A program made the position numbers and the translations under genes. From a virus, in IMG/VR virus record IMGVR_UViG_3300011115_000874, positions 1 to 64,000 of that record: 64,000 nt of DNA, one strand, 5' to 3'. Below, one piece after another: positions 41,167-50,465 of the stretch. The notes under the pieces were generated by a model. The model did no database searches. It had not been told where the DNA came from and saw only the letters and a program-made list of their open reading frames with translations. How positions within the stretch are numbered: the stretch's first letter is position 1; every line of letters begins with the position of its first letter.

Positions 41167-42576
41167 TTATTCAGTTGTTATATTAGGAGTTGTATCTATT
41201 ATGAATTTTAATTGAGATATTAACACTGATGGGTCTGAAGCAAATGAAGAGTCAGTTCTTAGTACATCTACACCTTGCTTATTTTGAGCTACAGCATAGC
41301 GTCTAATATATTTACTTTCATTTTTTTCATCAATTTTCACTCCTAAAGTAAATCCTTTATAAGTATTAGTATTTTCATTTTGAGTAGCTACTACTGTAGG
41401 ATTAGCTAAAGCATTAATTTCAGCATTAATTTGTTCTAAATCCATATTTTGGCTCCCAGAACAATGTTCTAATATAACATCTAATATATCTAAAAATTTT
41501 AAAATTATTCCTAAAAATGTTGCAAATGATGCTATTGTTATATTTACAGTGGTAATTGTTTTTTCATTAACTACTATTTCATTTTTTATTTTAGCTATAA
41601 ATGAAGATATTTTAGCTTGAAGTCCTGCAGTCATTGGGGGTAGTCCTAAAGGAGGTACACCTGTTGCTGGGTATGGGTTAGATTCAGCTAAGTTTATTGC
41701 AAGCTGTATAGCAGATATAACTGTGGCTGTTATTCCTAATATTGTGGCTGTTTTTTTAATTGTATCATACATTCCATTTATTTGAGTAACTAATGAAGCT
41801 CGTAACTTAATAACAGATTGTATTTTTGATGATGATGGGCAATCTATTAAATCTATCAATTGATCTTTAGTAATTTTCCCTAGTATAAAAGCTGCTCCAG
41901 CACCCGCTGCTCCAGCTGCTGCTGCTTTTAAAGCTTCTTTATCTTTAGCTGTTTCTTTAGCTCCATCTGCTGCATTTTTAGCTTGGTTGGTTTTATCTTG
42001 GGCATTTGCTTTAACAGAATCTAAAGTTGAATCTTCACTTATACCTAAATTAGAGATTACTAAAGGAATAACTTGTGGTGCAAATGGAGTTATTAAACCT
42101 ATAATAAATGGGATTAATCTTTTTTTAATAGTTACTTTTTGACTATTAACAAAATTAGAAAATTTAACTTCAGGTGGTAATTCAGCGTTTAATGTTTTGT
42201 TTAGAGCTTTATTATCTTGAGATAGTATTTCTTTGTTAGTTTTGGCTGTGTTTAAAGCTGTTTCGTCTGTTGCTTCAGACATTGCTTTTCTAGGAATCTC
42301 ATAAACAATATTATTTCCTTTAGAATTTTGAGTAGATGAGTCTTGTCCTCCCTCAACAGTATACGGTAATGGTGCTCCTCCAGCGTTGTAATCAACTATA
42401 TTATTAGCTAGCAATATTTCCTCAGCTATACCAGGATAGTCAATAGCACTAGACATCCATTCTCTACCTTTAATTACTTCTCCATTAGATTTAGTTAAAA
42501 TAGCTGATCTTAAAGGACCACGAGTACTAAATGTGATCACACTACCATCACTAACTTTATATATAGGTGTACTCAT
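41167..42576 (-). CDS. Hypothetical helical protein in the tail module
   Basis: 469 aa, Ala-rich and hydrophobic helices; late motif upstream. Confidence 0.55.
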   Translation of the reverse strand: MSTPIYKVSDGSVITFSTRGPLRSAILTKSNGEVIKGREWMSSAIDYPGIAEEILLANNIVDYNAGGAPLPYTVEGGQDSSTQNSKGNNIVYEIPRKAMSEATDETALNTAKTNKEILSQDNKALNKTLNAELPPEVKFSNFVNSQKVTIKKRLIPFIIGLITPFAPQVIPLVISNLGISEDSTLDSVKANAQDKTNQAKNAADGAKETAKDKEALKAAAAGAAGAGAAFILGKITKDQLIDLIDCPSSSKIQSVIKLRASLVTQINGMYDTIKKTATILGITATVISAIQLAINLAESNPYPATGVPPLGLPPMTAGLQAKISSFIAKIKNEIVVNEKTITTVNITIASFATFLGIILKFLDILDVILEHCSGSQNMDLEQINAEINALANPTVVATQNENTNTYKGFTLGVKIDEKNESKYIRRYAVAQNKQGVDVLRTDSSFASDPSVLISQLKFIIDTTPNITTE

Positions 42577-42667
42577 GTTTGGTTATTTACAATAAATATG
42601 CGAAATATATGAAATTGTGTTTGGCTTTCCAAGTTATGTTTATTATATTTAGGTATAAATAAAGGTT

Positions 42668-42997
42668 ATGAAAAAGTTAATTATTTTAGGATTCGCAGCA
42701 TTTTTAATTCAATCATGTACTGTTTTTAAACATAAACCTAATTGTGGTCAAGATATTGTAGATTTAATTAATTATGAAGATACAATTAAAATTGAATTTA
42801 AAGGTATTGACTCATTAGTTTTTAAAAATAAAGACTACAAACATGTTGCTGATTCATTAATGTATAATCATAATGATGTTTATATGCGAATTGATGTTCA
42901 GAATATTCATACTGGTTATATCCATCGAATTGTTTTTACAAGAAATGCGTTTAGTCGTTACCCATATGATGAAGTTAATTATAAATGGGTAGAATAA
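42668..42997 (+). CDS. Lipoprotein, the only supported plus-strand gene
   Basis: MKKLIILGFAAFLIQSC signal II; own TTTG-N20-TATATTTA promoter at 42620-42651; TAAAGGTTATG leader. Confidence 0.8.
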   Translation: MKKLIILGFAAFLIQSCTVFKHKPNCGQDIVDLINYEDTIKIEFKGIDSLVFKNKDYKHVADSLMYNHNDVYMRIDVQNIHTGYIHRIVFTRNAFSRYPYDEVNYKWVE

Positions 42998-42999
42998 TA

Positions 43000-44556
43000 T
43001 TAACTATCGGATTTAATTAAGCTAAGAGCGTTAGTTGAAAATACATCTGGGTTAGTTTCAATTATTTTATCTTTACATACATCATATTTAAATAACCATA
43101 TTGTCTCATCTCTATTTGATGGTGTTTTACCTTTTAATGTTTCAGAAGCATATGTAACTACAAATGAATTATTTTGTGGTTTTATTTTATATAATTTAAA
43201 AGCTCCAACTCCTTCATGACATTTATTAACTCCCCAAAAATCTTTATAATTTTCAGTTCCTGGAGGTTTAAAGCATGTTATGCTAAAAGTTATAATTTTT
43301 TCATCTAACCCAGTGGTTAATTCTTTTAGTTTAGATGAATTAATTATGAATCTATTATATCTATATCCTCCAATTCTTTTAACTTTTGGTGGAGTTGTAT
43401 CACTAATAGGAAATTGGTCACCTGGTTGTAAAAATTTAAATCTTTCATCATTTTCAGGTGAGGTAGGAGAATGATATCCTGTTATGATGTTTTCATAGTC
43501 TTTTACTTCAGTGTATATGTTATTAAAATTACTTTCAGCAAAAGATTGAGGTATATTATTATTTAAACTAGCGTAATTATTTCCATCATCTCTTAATAAT
43601 ATTTGGTTATTAGCTTTTACTTGATATGTAGCTGAGTTACATTGGTGGCCATCACCTATATACATTACATCAAATGCTAAATTATTAGCTAAACAATCAT
43701 TATCTTTAGATGCTAATTCAACTGTTATACGTGTATATTGATCATTTTTATATTTAGGCAAATCAGCTGTTCTTTCTATTTTAGTATTAGGATCTAAAGA
43801 ACTAGAATTTAATTGTTCTAATAATTGCTTATTTGTTGCTATAACATCAGATCTTTCATTTATTACTAAATCATTAGGATTAGTAGGATTTGGGGTGAAA
43901 TACCTTTCCCAAGGTTCTAAACCTACTTTAGTTATATCTCCAAACTCTATTGTAGGTCTATTATTAATATTAAGAGTTGGGTTTTCAATATATTTTTTAT
44001 CTAAGAAATCATTAACATATTTTTTTAATGCTTCTGCTCTTGCTTTGGCTAACGATCCTGGTGTTCTTCTAAATTCATCTGTTCTATTAACTCCATCTCC
44101 TTCTTCATTATCAGAATTAGTTACTTGTGATTCAGATGAAGTAATTGTAATTTTTGTATTACCTGGATTATTTTTTATGAACTGGAACATGTCTTCAAGT
44201 TCTTGTTTTATTACTTCTTTAGATTCATTACTTAATGAATCAACAAGATATGTTCCTGATTCGTAAAGTCCTTGAAGATTAAGAGTACCTCCTTTTACAG
44301 GATCAATATAACTTGGTAATTCAGCTGTTTGTTGAGGATTAGTGATAGATGTAGTTTCTAAACCAGATTTAGAAAAGGTAACAGTTATATCTTTTGGATC
44401 AAGATCTACAGGAATGGTAATTAACCATTTACCTTCAGAATCAGTTGTTGTGAATTTACCAGATGGTATTCCATTTCCACTTATAGTAACCTTTACTCCT
44501 TCTAATTTATTTCCTGCTGGGGTGTCAAAAACTTGTCCATTAAATTGGTTTGGCAT
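43000..44556 (-). CDS. Protein with carboxypeptidase-regulatory-like N-terminus and OmpA-like segment
   Basis: LEGVKVTI..TTTDSEGKW..TFSKSG; ITITSSES..SLAKARAEALKKYV. Confidence 0.55.
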   Translation of the reverse strand: MPNQFNGQVFDTPAGNKLEGVKVTISGNGIPSGKFTTTDSEGKWLITIPVDLDPKDITVTFSKSGLETTSITNPQQTAELPSYIDPVKGGTLNLQGLYESGTYLVDSLSNESKEVIKQELEDMFQFIKNNPGNTKITITSSESQVTNSDNEEGDGVNRTDEFRRTPGSLAKARAEALKKYVNDFLDKKYIENPTLNINNRPTIEFGDITKVGLEPWERYFTPNPTNPNDLVINERSDVIATNKQLLEQLNSSSLDPNTKIERTADLPKYKNDQYTRITVELASKDNDCLANNLAFDVMYIGDGHQCNSATYQVKANNQILLRDDGNNYASLNNNIPQSFAESNFNNIYTEVKDYENIITGYHSPTSPENDERFKFLQPGDQFPISDTTPPKVKRIGGYRYNRFIINSSKLKELTTGLDEKIITFSITCFKPPGTENYKDFWGVNKCHEGVGAFKLYKIKPQNNSFVVTYASETLKGKTPSNRDETIWLFKYDVCKDKIIETNPDVFSTNALSLIKSDS

Positions 44557-44558
44557 GA

Positions 44559-45839
44559 TTATATCGTTTTAACTGTTTTAGATAATAAATTTTTAGCGTT
44601 TACTATATTTAAAATATCATTACTTAAAGTTTCAGCATCACATGCTATAGCTTGTAAAGATACAATTGGAGCACCATTACTATCAATAGATGTTTTAAAT
44701 GCTATATTAAGTGTCTGTAAAAATACAGCTATATCAGATAATAAAAAATTTAAATTTTCACCTAATACAACTGACTGTATTTTGCTTCCTTCTATTCCTT
44801 CAGATGAACCTAAATAAACTTTTTCGGCTGTTAATGAGATTTGTTTAGCATTCACTCCTAAGGTTTCACCACATGATAATTGAATTGCTTTACTAGATAA
44901 TAATAATATTGAATCAGATTTAGCATTAAATACTAATCTTCCTGAGTTAAGTACAATTTGGTTTCCTTCATATTGTCCTACATTAGTAGGAGGTGTTGAT
45001 TTAGTAAATGAAGAATTATTTATATTAGCTGGGAATAGTGGTAGTTGTTGGTTTGAAGTTAAATAAATTGATGATTTATCATTATTAATATCTTCAGTCA
45101 CAGGGACCCAAGGATCAGTAGTATATGATGCTTGTCCGTTTCTTATTATAACAATGGGATCACCATTACTATAACTAGCTCCATTAGACCACCCATTAGG
45201 TATAAAAGAATTACCTACAGTTGAACCAAAACGAATTGAGTTACCCCATCTACCTTCATATATTATGTCTCCTTCATATGGTAATAAAGGATGAATATCT
45301 GTTCTTTCATCAAATGTTTTACCTAAATTGATATCAGTACTATTATCAGTTACTCGTCTATAAGATCCTAATGTAGTAGAAACATAGTCTCTATCTTCAG
45401 CTTCTGTTAAATTTGGTGATACAGGAACAGCATTATGATGTTGGCTATTCCAAACGTTTGAAGGAGGAAAATAATAAGCTACAGATGAATTAGGATTTTC
45501 GGTTAAATTAGCCCCAGGTAAGAATATAATATATGTTAACTCATTAATAAGAGGATACTGTTTTATATTAGGAAATAATGGGATAGCAATTGTATTAGAT
45601 GTAGTATTATTATTATTTACAGCACTTAATCCATAATATGCTTCTTCATAAAAAATAGTTCCAATACTATTCCATTCTCCATATTCTTTAAATTTAGGAT
45701 GAGAATTATCTAAAATAATATCTAATACTCTAATGGGTGTAATTTTAATATCACCTCTACCTAAATTAGCAATTGAAGAAGGATTTGTAGTAAAAGTATT
45801 TTGATATGTACCTGCTACTCCGAACCTAATTTGAGTCAT
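44559..45839 (-). CDS. Baseplate hub/spike (gp5-like) protein
   Basis: YPLINE, PYEGDIIYEGRWGNSIRFGS, beta-helix-like C-terminus QIVLNSGRLVFNAK..VVLGE. Confidence 0.65.
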   Translation of the reverse strand: MTQIRFGVAGTYQNTFTTNPSSIANLGRGDIKITPIRVLDIILDNSHPKFKEYGEWNSIGTIFYEEAYYGLSAVNNNNTTSNTIAIPLFPNIKQYPLINELTYIIFLPGANLTENPNSSVAYYFPPSNVWNSQHHNAVPVSPNLTEAEDRDYVSTTLGSYRRVTDNSTDINLGKTFDERTDIHPLLPYEGDIIYEGRWGNSIRFGSTVGNSFIPNGWSNGASYSNGDPIVIIRNGQASYTTDPWVPVTEDINNDKSSIYLTSNQQLPLFPANINNSSFTKSTPPTNVGQYEGNQIVLNSGRLVFNAKSDSILLLSSKAIQLSCGETLGVNAKQISLTAEKVYLGSSEGIEGSKIQSVVLGENLNFLLSDIAVFLQTLNIAFKTSIDSNGAPIVSLQAIACDAETLSNDILNIVNAKNLLSKTVKTI

Positions 45840-46180
45840 TATTCTTCAGTTTTAAATTTATCTAACTCAGCTAATAATTGTTGTTTTTCTTCTTCAGAAA
45901 TACCAAAACTACCATCATTAGGTCCAGCACTATTATTCATAATACGTTGGATAATAGTAGCCATTTTAATCAATTGTTCATCATTCTTAACACTTATCTC
46001 TAAGTATTCTTTAATCAAAGGAACAATAAGAGTAGCATCACCTATTTCTTGTACAAGTGGTTTAAGTTCTGATATTAAGATAGATATTTGTTTGTCTTTT
46101 TTCTGTTGGTTAGTATAAATCTCTTCTAATATATCTGAAAATTTCTTTTTACCAAATACAACATTGTCTAATCCATTCAT
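45839..46180 (-). CDS. Hypothetical protein
   Basis: 113 aa; late motif upstream. Confidence 0.6.
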   Translation of the reverse strand: MNGLDNVVFGKKKFSDILEEIYTNQQKKDKQISILISELKPLVQEIGDATLIVPLIKEYLEISVKNDEQLIKMATIIQRIMNNSAGPNDGSFGISEEEKQQLLAELDKFKTEE

Positions 46181-46205
46181 AATATTTTATCTATAAATAT
46201 GAGCA

Positions 46206-46922
46206 TTAGAAATTTGTATATCCGTTTTCTAGATAGAAATAATAATATTGTTTAAATATACCATATAATTTGTCGGCTATCTTAGTGATTTTAGGGGTTT
46301 TAGCGTCAATAATCTCACGAATGTATATATACAGTGCTTTTTTATTAAAGATGTCTATATGCTCTCTCTTACGGAATAACTCAAGGATGGCATCTGCAAT
46401 TTGAGCGTCTGCTTCTTTAGGAAATAAAGTATAAATATTAGATGTACAATAAGTAACATATTCATCTAAAAAATTAGATAATCTATCTTGAGATGAACCT
46501 TCATCAATTCTATAGGAAAAGTTTTCATTTGATTCAATTTCTTCAATAGGGGCTTTATCTACTCGTTTTTTATAATTTTTAGTGTTAGTAATAATTAAGT
46601 AACGTTTAGCAATAGTGCCGAAATATGAGAATGCTTTTGCTCCCCTAGCTGGGTTGAATAGATGTATTTTAGAAAGTAAAAATGTTATTACTTCGTGTTG
46701 TAAATCCTGGATGTTATCTACCTCAGTATAATAGAACTTAAAAGTATGGATAATGTTTTCGGTTAATTTAAAGAAAGCATAATGAATACGTTCACGATAT
46801 ATTTTATCTTTTAATTCAAAGTCAGTAGTACTATTATACTCATTAATAGCATTTTCTGTATCTTGGGTAAAATATTGAACACCTTTAGGTTTTCTTTTTT
46901 TAGCCTCTTGTATTTCGATCAT
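46206..46922 (-). CDS. Phage sigma factor, T4 gp55-like (late)
   Basis: YFTQ..KLTENII..DLQHE..FNPARGAKAFSYFGTIAKRYL region 2-like pattern. Confidence 0.75.
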   Translation of the reverse strand: MIEIQEAKKRKPKGVQYFTQDTENAINEYNSTTDFELKDKIYRERIHYAFFKLTENIIHTFKFYYTEVDNIQDLQHEVITFLLSKIHLFNPARGAKAFSYFGTIAKRYLIITNTKNYKKRVDKAPIEEIESNENFSYRIDEGSSQDRLSNFLDEYVTYCTSNIYTLFPKEADAQIADAILELFRKREHIDIFNKKALYIYIREIIDAKTPKITKIADKLYGIFKQYYYFYLENGYTNF

Positions 46923-47194
46923 AAATTTTTAATTTTAAAAGCATTCAATGTTTCTTGAATTTGCTTTATTTCTTGAAAAAAGAATCCTACTTCATCATCA
47001 GATTCAAATGAACCTTTACGATCTACTTCTTTAAGTTTTTTATCTGAGAATTCAATCACTCCAGATATTTTACTTAAGTATTCCATATACCCTGTTAAGA
47101 TATCTTCTTGTTTTTCATTCTTTTTAAGAAGATTAAAGGTCGTGAATCCAAGAGCCACGACCAATATTCCTAATATAATTACTAATATTATCAT
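46919..47194 (-). CDS. Membrane-anchored hypothetical protein
   Basis: N-terminal TM; FESDDEVGFFF. Confidence 0.65.
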   Translation of the reverse strand: MIILVIILGILVVALGFTTFNLLKKNEKQEDILTGYMEYLSKISGVIEFSDKKLKEVDRKGSFESDDEVGFFFQEIKQIQETLNAFKIKNL

Positions 47195-47961
47195 ATACTA
47201 TCTAACATATTCATTAAACCTTGAGACTTAACATTACTTAATGTCTTAGTTTTAATTGTTTGTTTAGGTGCTTTAGTGACAGCAAAATTATTTACTTTTT
47301 TAACTTCACCTTTTAATTTTGGATTCCATTCACGTTCAAACTCAATACGAGCAGCCATTAAATCAGCTTGATGAACAATGTAAATTAGTGAAGTACGAGG
47401 CTTAGTTTCTGGTGACCAAGACATCAAGTATGGTTTATTAGCATCATCATATAAACCATCATGTAATTTAATTGCTAACCATTCATTTTTAGACATCTGG
47501 ATACCATGAGACAGTAGTAAATGTAAACTACGATCTGGTACTGACATGAATTCTAAACGATCATTAAATTTATAGTCTTCACCTAATTTATCTTTACGCC
47601 ATTGGTCATCTTGAGGGATATAAGCATCATGTTGTTCATCACCCATTTTACCTAGGTCATGATTTAAGGCTGCGAATACTAATTCTTCTTTAGTATAAGT
47701 AGATTCGTCTACTCCCATTTCAACCCATACATTATTTACTTTAAGAGCACAATCAATAACTCGTAACACGTGGTCTACATAACCACCTGGGAAAGCATTA
47801 TGGTATTCTTTCTTATGTGCCGCGGGCATTAACATAAGACGTTCTGAGTATTTAGAATAAAAATCTAATAATTGTGAACGACGTGGTTCACTAATATAAA
47901 CCTCTATTCTAGACATTAATTTATTCCAGTTATCCTGGATTTGTTCTGCTGTTAGATTCAT
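47191..47961 (-). CDS. HD-domain phosphohydrolase
   Basis: Start reassigned to MNLTAE; HNAFPGGYVDH, NHDLGK, LHDG, HQAD. Confidence 0.85.
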   Translation of the reverse strand: MNLTAEQIQDNWNKLMSRIEVYISEPRRSQLLDFYSKYSERLMLMPAAHKKEYHNAFPGGYVDHVLRVIDCALKVNNVWVEMGVDESTYTKEELVFAALNHDLGKMGDEQHDAYIPQDDQWRKDKLGEDYKFNDRLEFMSVPDRSLHLLLSHGIQMSKNEWLAIKLHDGLYDDANKPYLMSWSPETKPRTSLIYIVHQADLMAARIEFEREWNPKLKGEVKKVNNFAVTKAPKQTIKTKTLSNVKSQGLMNMLDSI

Positions 47962-47962
47962 A

Positions 47963-48145
47963 TTAATTATACATTGTTTGTTCAGACTCAACAAATAAGC
48001 GAGTTTGCTCAATCATATCTTTTAATCTATCAATACCTTCTAAATATACTTCTAGAGGTTGTTCTTGTTTAACGATAAAGTTTAATTGGTTAGCAAGATT
48101 ATCCATCTTATCTAATTGATGTAATACGTTGTCTTTGTTTTTCAT
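47963..48145 (-). CDS. Hypothetical protein
   Basis: 60 aa; host-type promoter at 48232-48263. Confidence 0.6.
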   Translation of the reverse strand: MKNKDNVLHQLDKMDNLANQLNFIVKQEQPLEVYLEGIDRLKDMIEQTRLFVESEQTMYN

Positions 48146-48269
48146 ACGTTTATTATTTGTTTTATGTACCCGTGGTCACATTCCACGTTCTTTATTTCCT
48201 ACGTTTTAGATGTTTCCTAAAACCCGTATCTATATAATACGAATTAGGACTTGCGAGGCCAAGCTATTT

Positions 48270-48683
48270 TTAAGAGGGATTTGCTATGTCTTGTATTTTT
48301 TTAAGAAGAGCACAATTCTCATATTCTTCTAAATCTTCAAAGTGGGAGAGTGCTGATGATAATGCTTTTAAAAATTGTTCATCTGAGTATAGTATAAGAC
48401 AATCACGATGCATTTGGTTAGTAGTATCTATTTTAGAAATATGATCCATAGCTCTAGCAAACACCATCATACCACCAGCTAACTTAATGTCATCTACATT
48501 TAATTTAGGATCAGATGATTCGAAGAACTCTACCATCTGTTTACTAAATACTTTATAATTTATAATTAACTTTTTAAACATTCCCATCCAAACAATAGGA
48601 TGATTAGACATATCTACTTGAGTAGTAGTCTCAACTTTCTCTTCAGGGGATTTAAATAAGTTAAAAATATCATCAATATTCAT
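48270..48683 (-). CDS. Hypothetical protein with UvrB/C-like C-terminal motif
   Basis: FEDLEEYENCALLKKI. Confidence 0.6.
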   Translation of the reverse strand: MNIDDIFNLFKSPEEKVETTTQVDMSNHPIVWMGMFKKLIINYKVFSKQMVEFFESSDPKLNVDDIKLAGGMMVFARAMDHISKIDTTNQMHRDCLILYSDEQFLKALSSALSHFEDLEEYENCALLKKIQDIANPS

Positions 48684-48710
48684 ATATATAAATATATGTT
48701 AAACAGGAGA

Positions 48711-48731
48711 ATAGCGGCTTTAGGCCGCTAT
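48711..48731 (-). terminator. Hairpin terminator
   Basis: ATAGCGGC-TTTAG-GCCGCTAT. Confidence 0.7.
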
Positions 48732-48739
48732 AATAAAAA

Positions 48740-49159
48740 AATTGTGGATGTGTTATTGACGGTTTAAATTTATCCTTTAATTAATTGTTTTTGCTCTTTT
48801 AATGTAGCAGACATTTTATCAATTCTTGAGTCTACATAAGACACAGTGTTATTAAATTTAATATCTAATTCACGCTGTAACTCAGTGACATGATGATCGG
48901 AATGGCGTCCTATTTCATCTAATCTACGATCCAAATCTTGACGTAGATGATTTAAATTTTCCCATCCATCACGTTCAATATTCTTACTTTGTTGTTCTTG
49001 TTCTTTAATTGCTTTTAACAATTTAGTAATCTTAACTACACCCCAAACGATTGCAGCTACAAATGCAGCTCCAACAATCGAGAGCATACCTAAAACGAAA
49101 TATATTGTTTCCATATTTATTTTCTCCTTATTATTATGTCAAAGAACACATCCACAATT
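48740..49159. repeat. 15-bp perfect inverted repeat enclosing the 48770-49114 gene
   Basis: AATTGTGGATGTGTT at 48740-48754 and AACACATCCACAATT at 49145-49159, extended by TTGAC/GTCAA. Confidence 0.85.
48770..49114 (-). CDS. N-terminal TM plus coiled-coil protein
   Basis: IYFVLGMLSIVGAAFVAAIVWGVV; SYVDSRIDK. Confidence 0.7.
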   Translation of the reverse strand: METIYFVLGMLSIVGAAFVAAIVWGVVKITKLLKAIKEQEQQSKNIERDGWENLNHLRQDLDRRLDEIGRHSDHHVTELQRELDIKFNNTVSYVDSRIDKMSATLKEQKQLIKG

Positions 49160-49160
49160 G

Positions 49161-49234
49161 TGCGCCCTCCTGGGATCGAACCAGGTACCTACTGATTATG
49201 AGTCAGTTGCTCTAACCTAATGAGCTAAGGGCGC
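49161..49234 (-). tRNA. tRNA-Ile2/Met (CAT)
   Basis: GCGCCCTTAGCTCA..ACTGA-CTCATAA-TCAGT..GGTTCGATCC..GGGCGCA cloverleaf; D arm resembles Ile2. Confidence 0.9.
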
Positions 49235-49240
49235 TATTTG

Positions 49241-49311
49241 AGGTCCTGAACGGAATCGAACCGCTGTATAAGCTTTTGCAGAGCTCCACCTAACCACTCG
49301 GCTACAGGACC
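49241..49311 (-). tRNA. tRNA-Cys (GCA)
   Basis: GGTCCTG..GAGCT-CTGCAAA-AGCTT..GGTTCGATTCC..CAGGACC, U discriminator. Confidence 0.9.
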
Positions 49312-49317
49312 TTTTTG

Positions 49318-49458
49318 TACTCAAGGCAGGAGTTGAACCTGCACGGGCTGCCATTATAATGACCACATCTTGTTCAGATGATTTTTTACCCACGTTGTTA
49401 TAACCATACGTTGCGTCTACCGTCGAACAGGGCCTCCTGATCCTTTCGCCACTTGAGT
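49318..49458 (-). ncRNA. 141-nt expanded tRNA-like RNA
   Basis: Acceptor ACTCAAG/CTTGAGT-A, Leu-type TGGCGAAA..GGTAGACGC with D-loop insert, T arm GCAGG-TTCAACT-CCTGC, branched variable region. Confidence 0.75.
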
Positions 49459-49511
49459 ATATGATGAATATAATATCTATATATTATAAAGCCAAACTCT
49501 TCTTGATAAAA

Positions 49512-49534
49512 AAAGCCGGGCTTAACCCGGCTTT
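49512..49534. terminator. Hairpin terminator, possibly bidirectional
   Basis: AAAGCCGGG-CTTAA-CCCGGCTTT with a T tract on the minus strand. Confidence 0.8.
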
Positions 49535-49557
49535 AAACGACTACTTATATTTTAGCG

Positions 49558-49845
49558 TTATAGTTGTTCGTCTGTATTAGTAGGTGGGGTATTGCCGTTA
49601 TTTGGCGTGTTATTCTTGGCTTGTTGTTTCATCTTAACAACGTTTTCTATAACAGTTAAACCTAAACCACCACCAGCAATTAACGCGATTGAATCGAACA
49701 TGAATTCGGGTGTGATGTGTTCTTCGTTCTTATAGGTAGCTATGTACGCTAGAGATATAACTACAGCTAATGCTAATAACGATGCGAAACGCTTACTTGA
49801 AGTATCTGAAGTGCCTGATAATAGGTCTTTAAGGAATTTTTTCAT
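49558..49845 (-). CDS. Putative holin
   Basis: SSKRF then two TM helices and a charged tail; late motif upstream. Confidence 0.6.
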   Translation of the reverse strand: MKKFLKDLLSGTSDTSSKRFASLLALAVVISLAYIATYKNEEHITPEFMFDSIALIAGGGLGLTVIENVVKMKQQAKNNTPNNGNTPPTNTDEQL

Positions 49846-49876
49846 AGTGTGTGTTTTATGATAAATATATAGTGAT

Positions 49877-50404
49877 TTACACTAGTAATGATTTTAACTT
49901 TATAGCTAGATCAGGTAGTTTTTTAATAGATAATATCTCTGACCAAGCATTAGGGATATAACTTTTTATAACGGTTACAACCTCAGGTATTTTAGACATA
50001 TCTAAACTATATAAAATTCCAGCTATTATTAATACTGTAGCTTTTAAAATATTAGCTAATTTATTTCTTTGACCATCATCTTTCACAAATGGTTTTAACA
50101 TTAACCTAATTGGAGAGTCTAATTTAGAATCTAATTTACTTGATAAATTAATTATCCAATCTACTTTTTGTCTCATTGGATCTCCACCTTTTTTAAGACT
50201 AATTCTAGACATTAAGGCTTTTACAACTCTAGCTAAGTTATTAACAATCCCTGGTATGGCTGGTGCTATCAAAGCTATATCTCCAATTGTAACTTCATTT
50301 TGAGGTACCTGTTTAATAGCATTTAATATAGCGTCATCTACACCTGATAAATCAATATCTTCTTGTGAGTCTAGTTCTTTTAATAAATCAACTAATTTAA
50401 TCAT
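49877..50404 (-). CDS. MIKL-leader protein with hydrophobic helices
   Basis: MIKLVDLLKE; IALIAPAIPGIV; ATVLIIAGILYS. Confidence 0.6.
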   Translation of the reverse strand: MIKLVDLLKELDSQEDIDLSGVDDAILNAIKQVPQNEVTIGDIALIAPAIPGIVNNLARVVKALMSRISLKKGGDPMRQKVDWIINLSSKLDSKLDSPIRLMLKPFVKDDGQRNKLANILKATVLIIAGILYSLDMSKIPEVVTVIKSYIPNAWSEILSIKKLPDLAIKLKSLLV

Positions 50405-50423
50405 AATAATAAATACAACAGAG

Positions 50424-50444
50424 AAAGGAGCTTTCGCTCCCTTC
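50424..50444 (-). terminator. Hairpin terminator
   Basis: Minus strand GGAGC-GAAA-GCTCC followed by TTTCTCT. Confidence 0.75.
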
Positions 50445-50465
50445 CCCTAATCAACCTTTAACTAA

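Noticed and set aside
42655-42662. T4-orientation TATAAATA before the plus-strand gene (also 7853-7860 on the minus strand)
   Set aside because: Both lie inside A-rich leaders downstream of host-type promoters; two cases are expected by chance in AT-rich DNA
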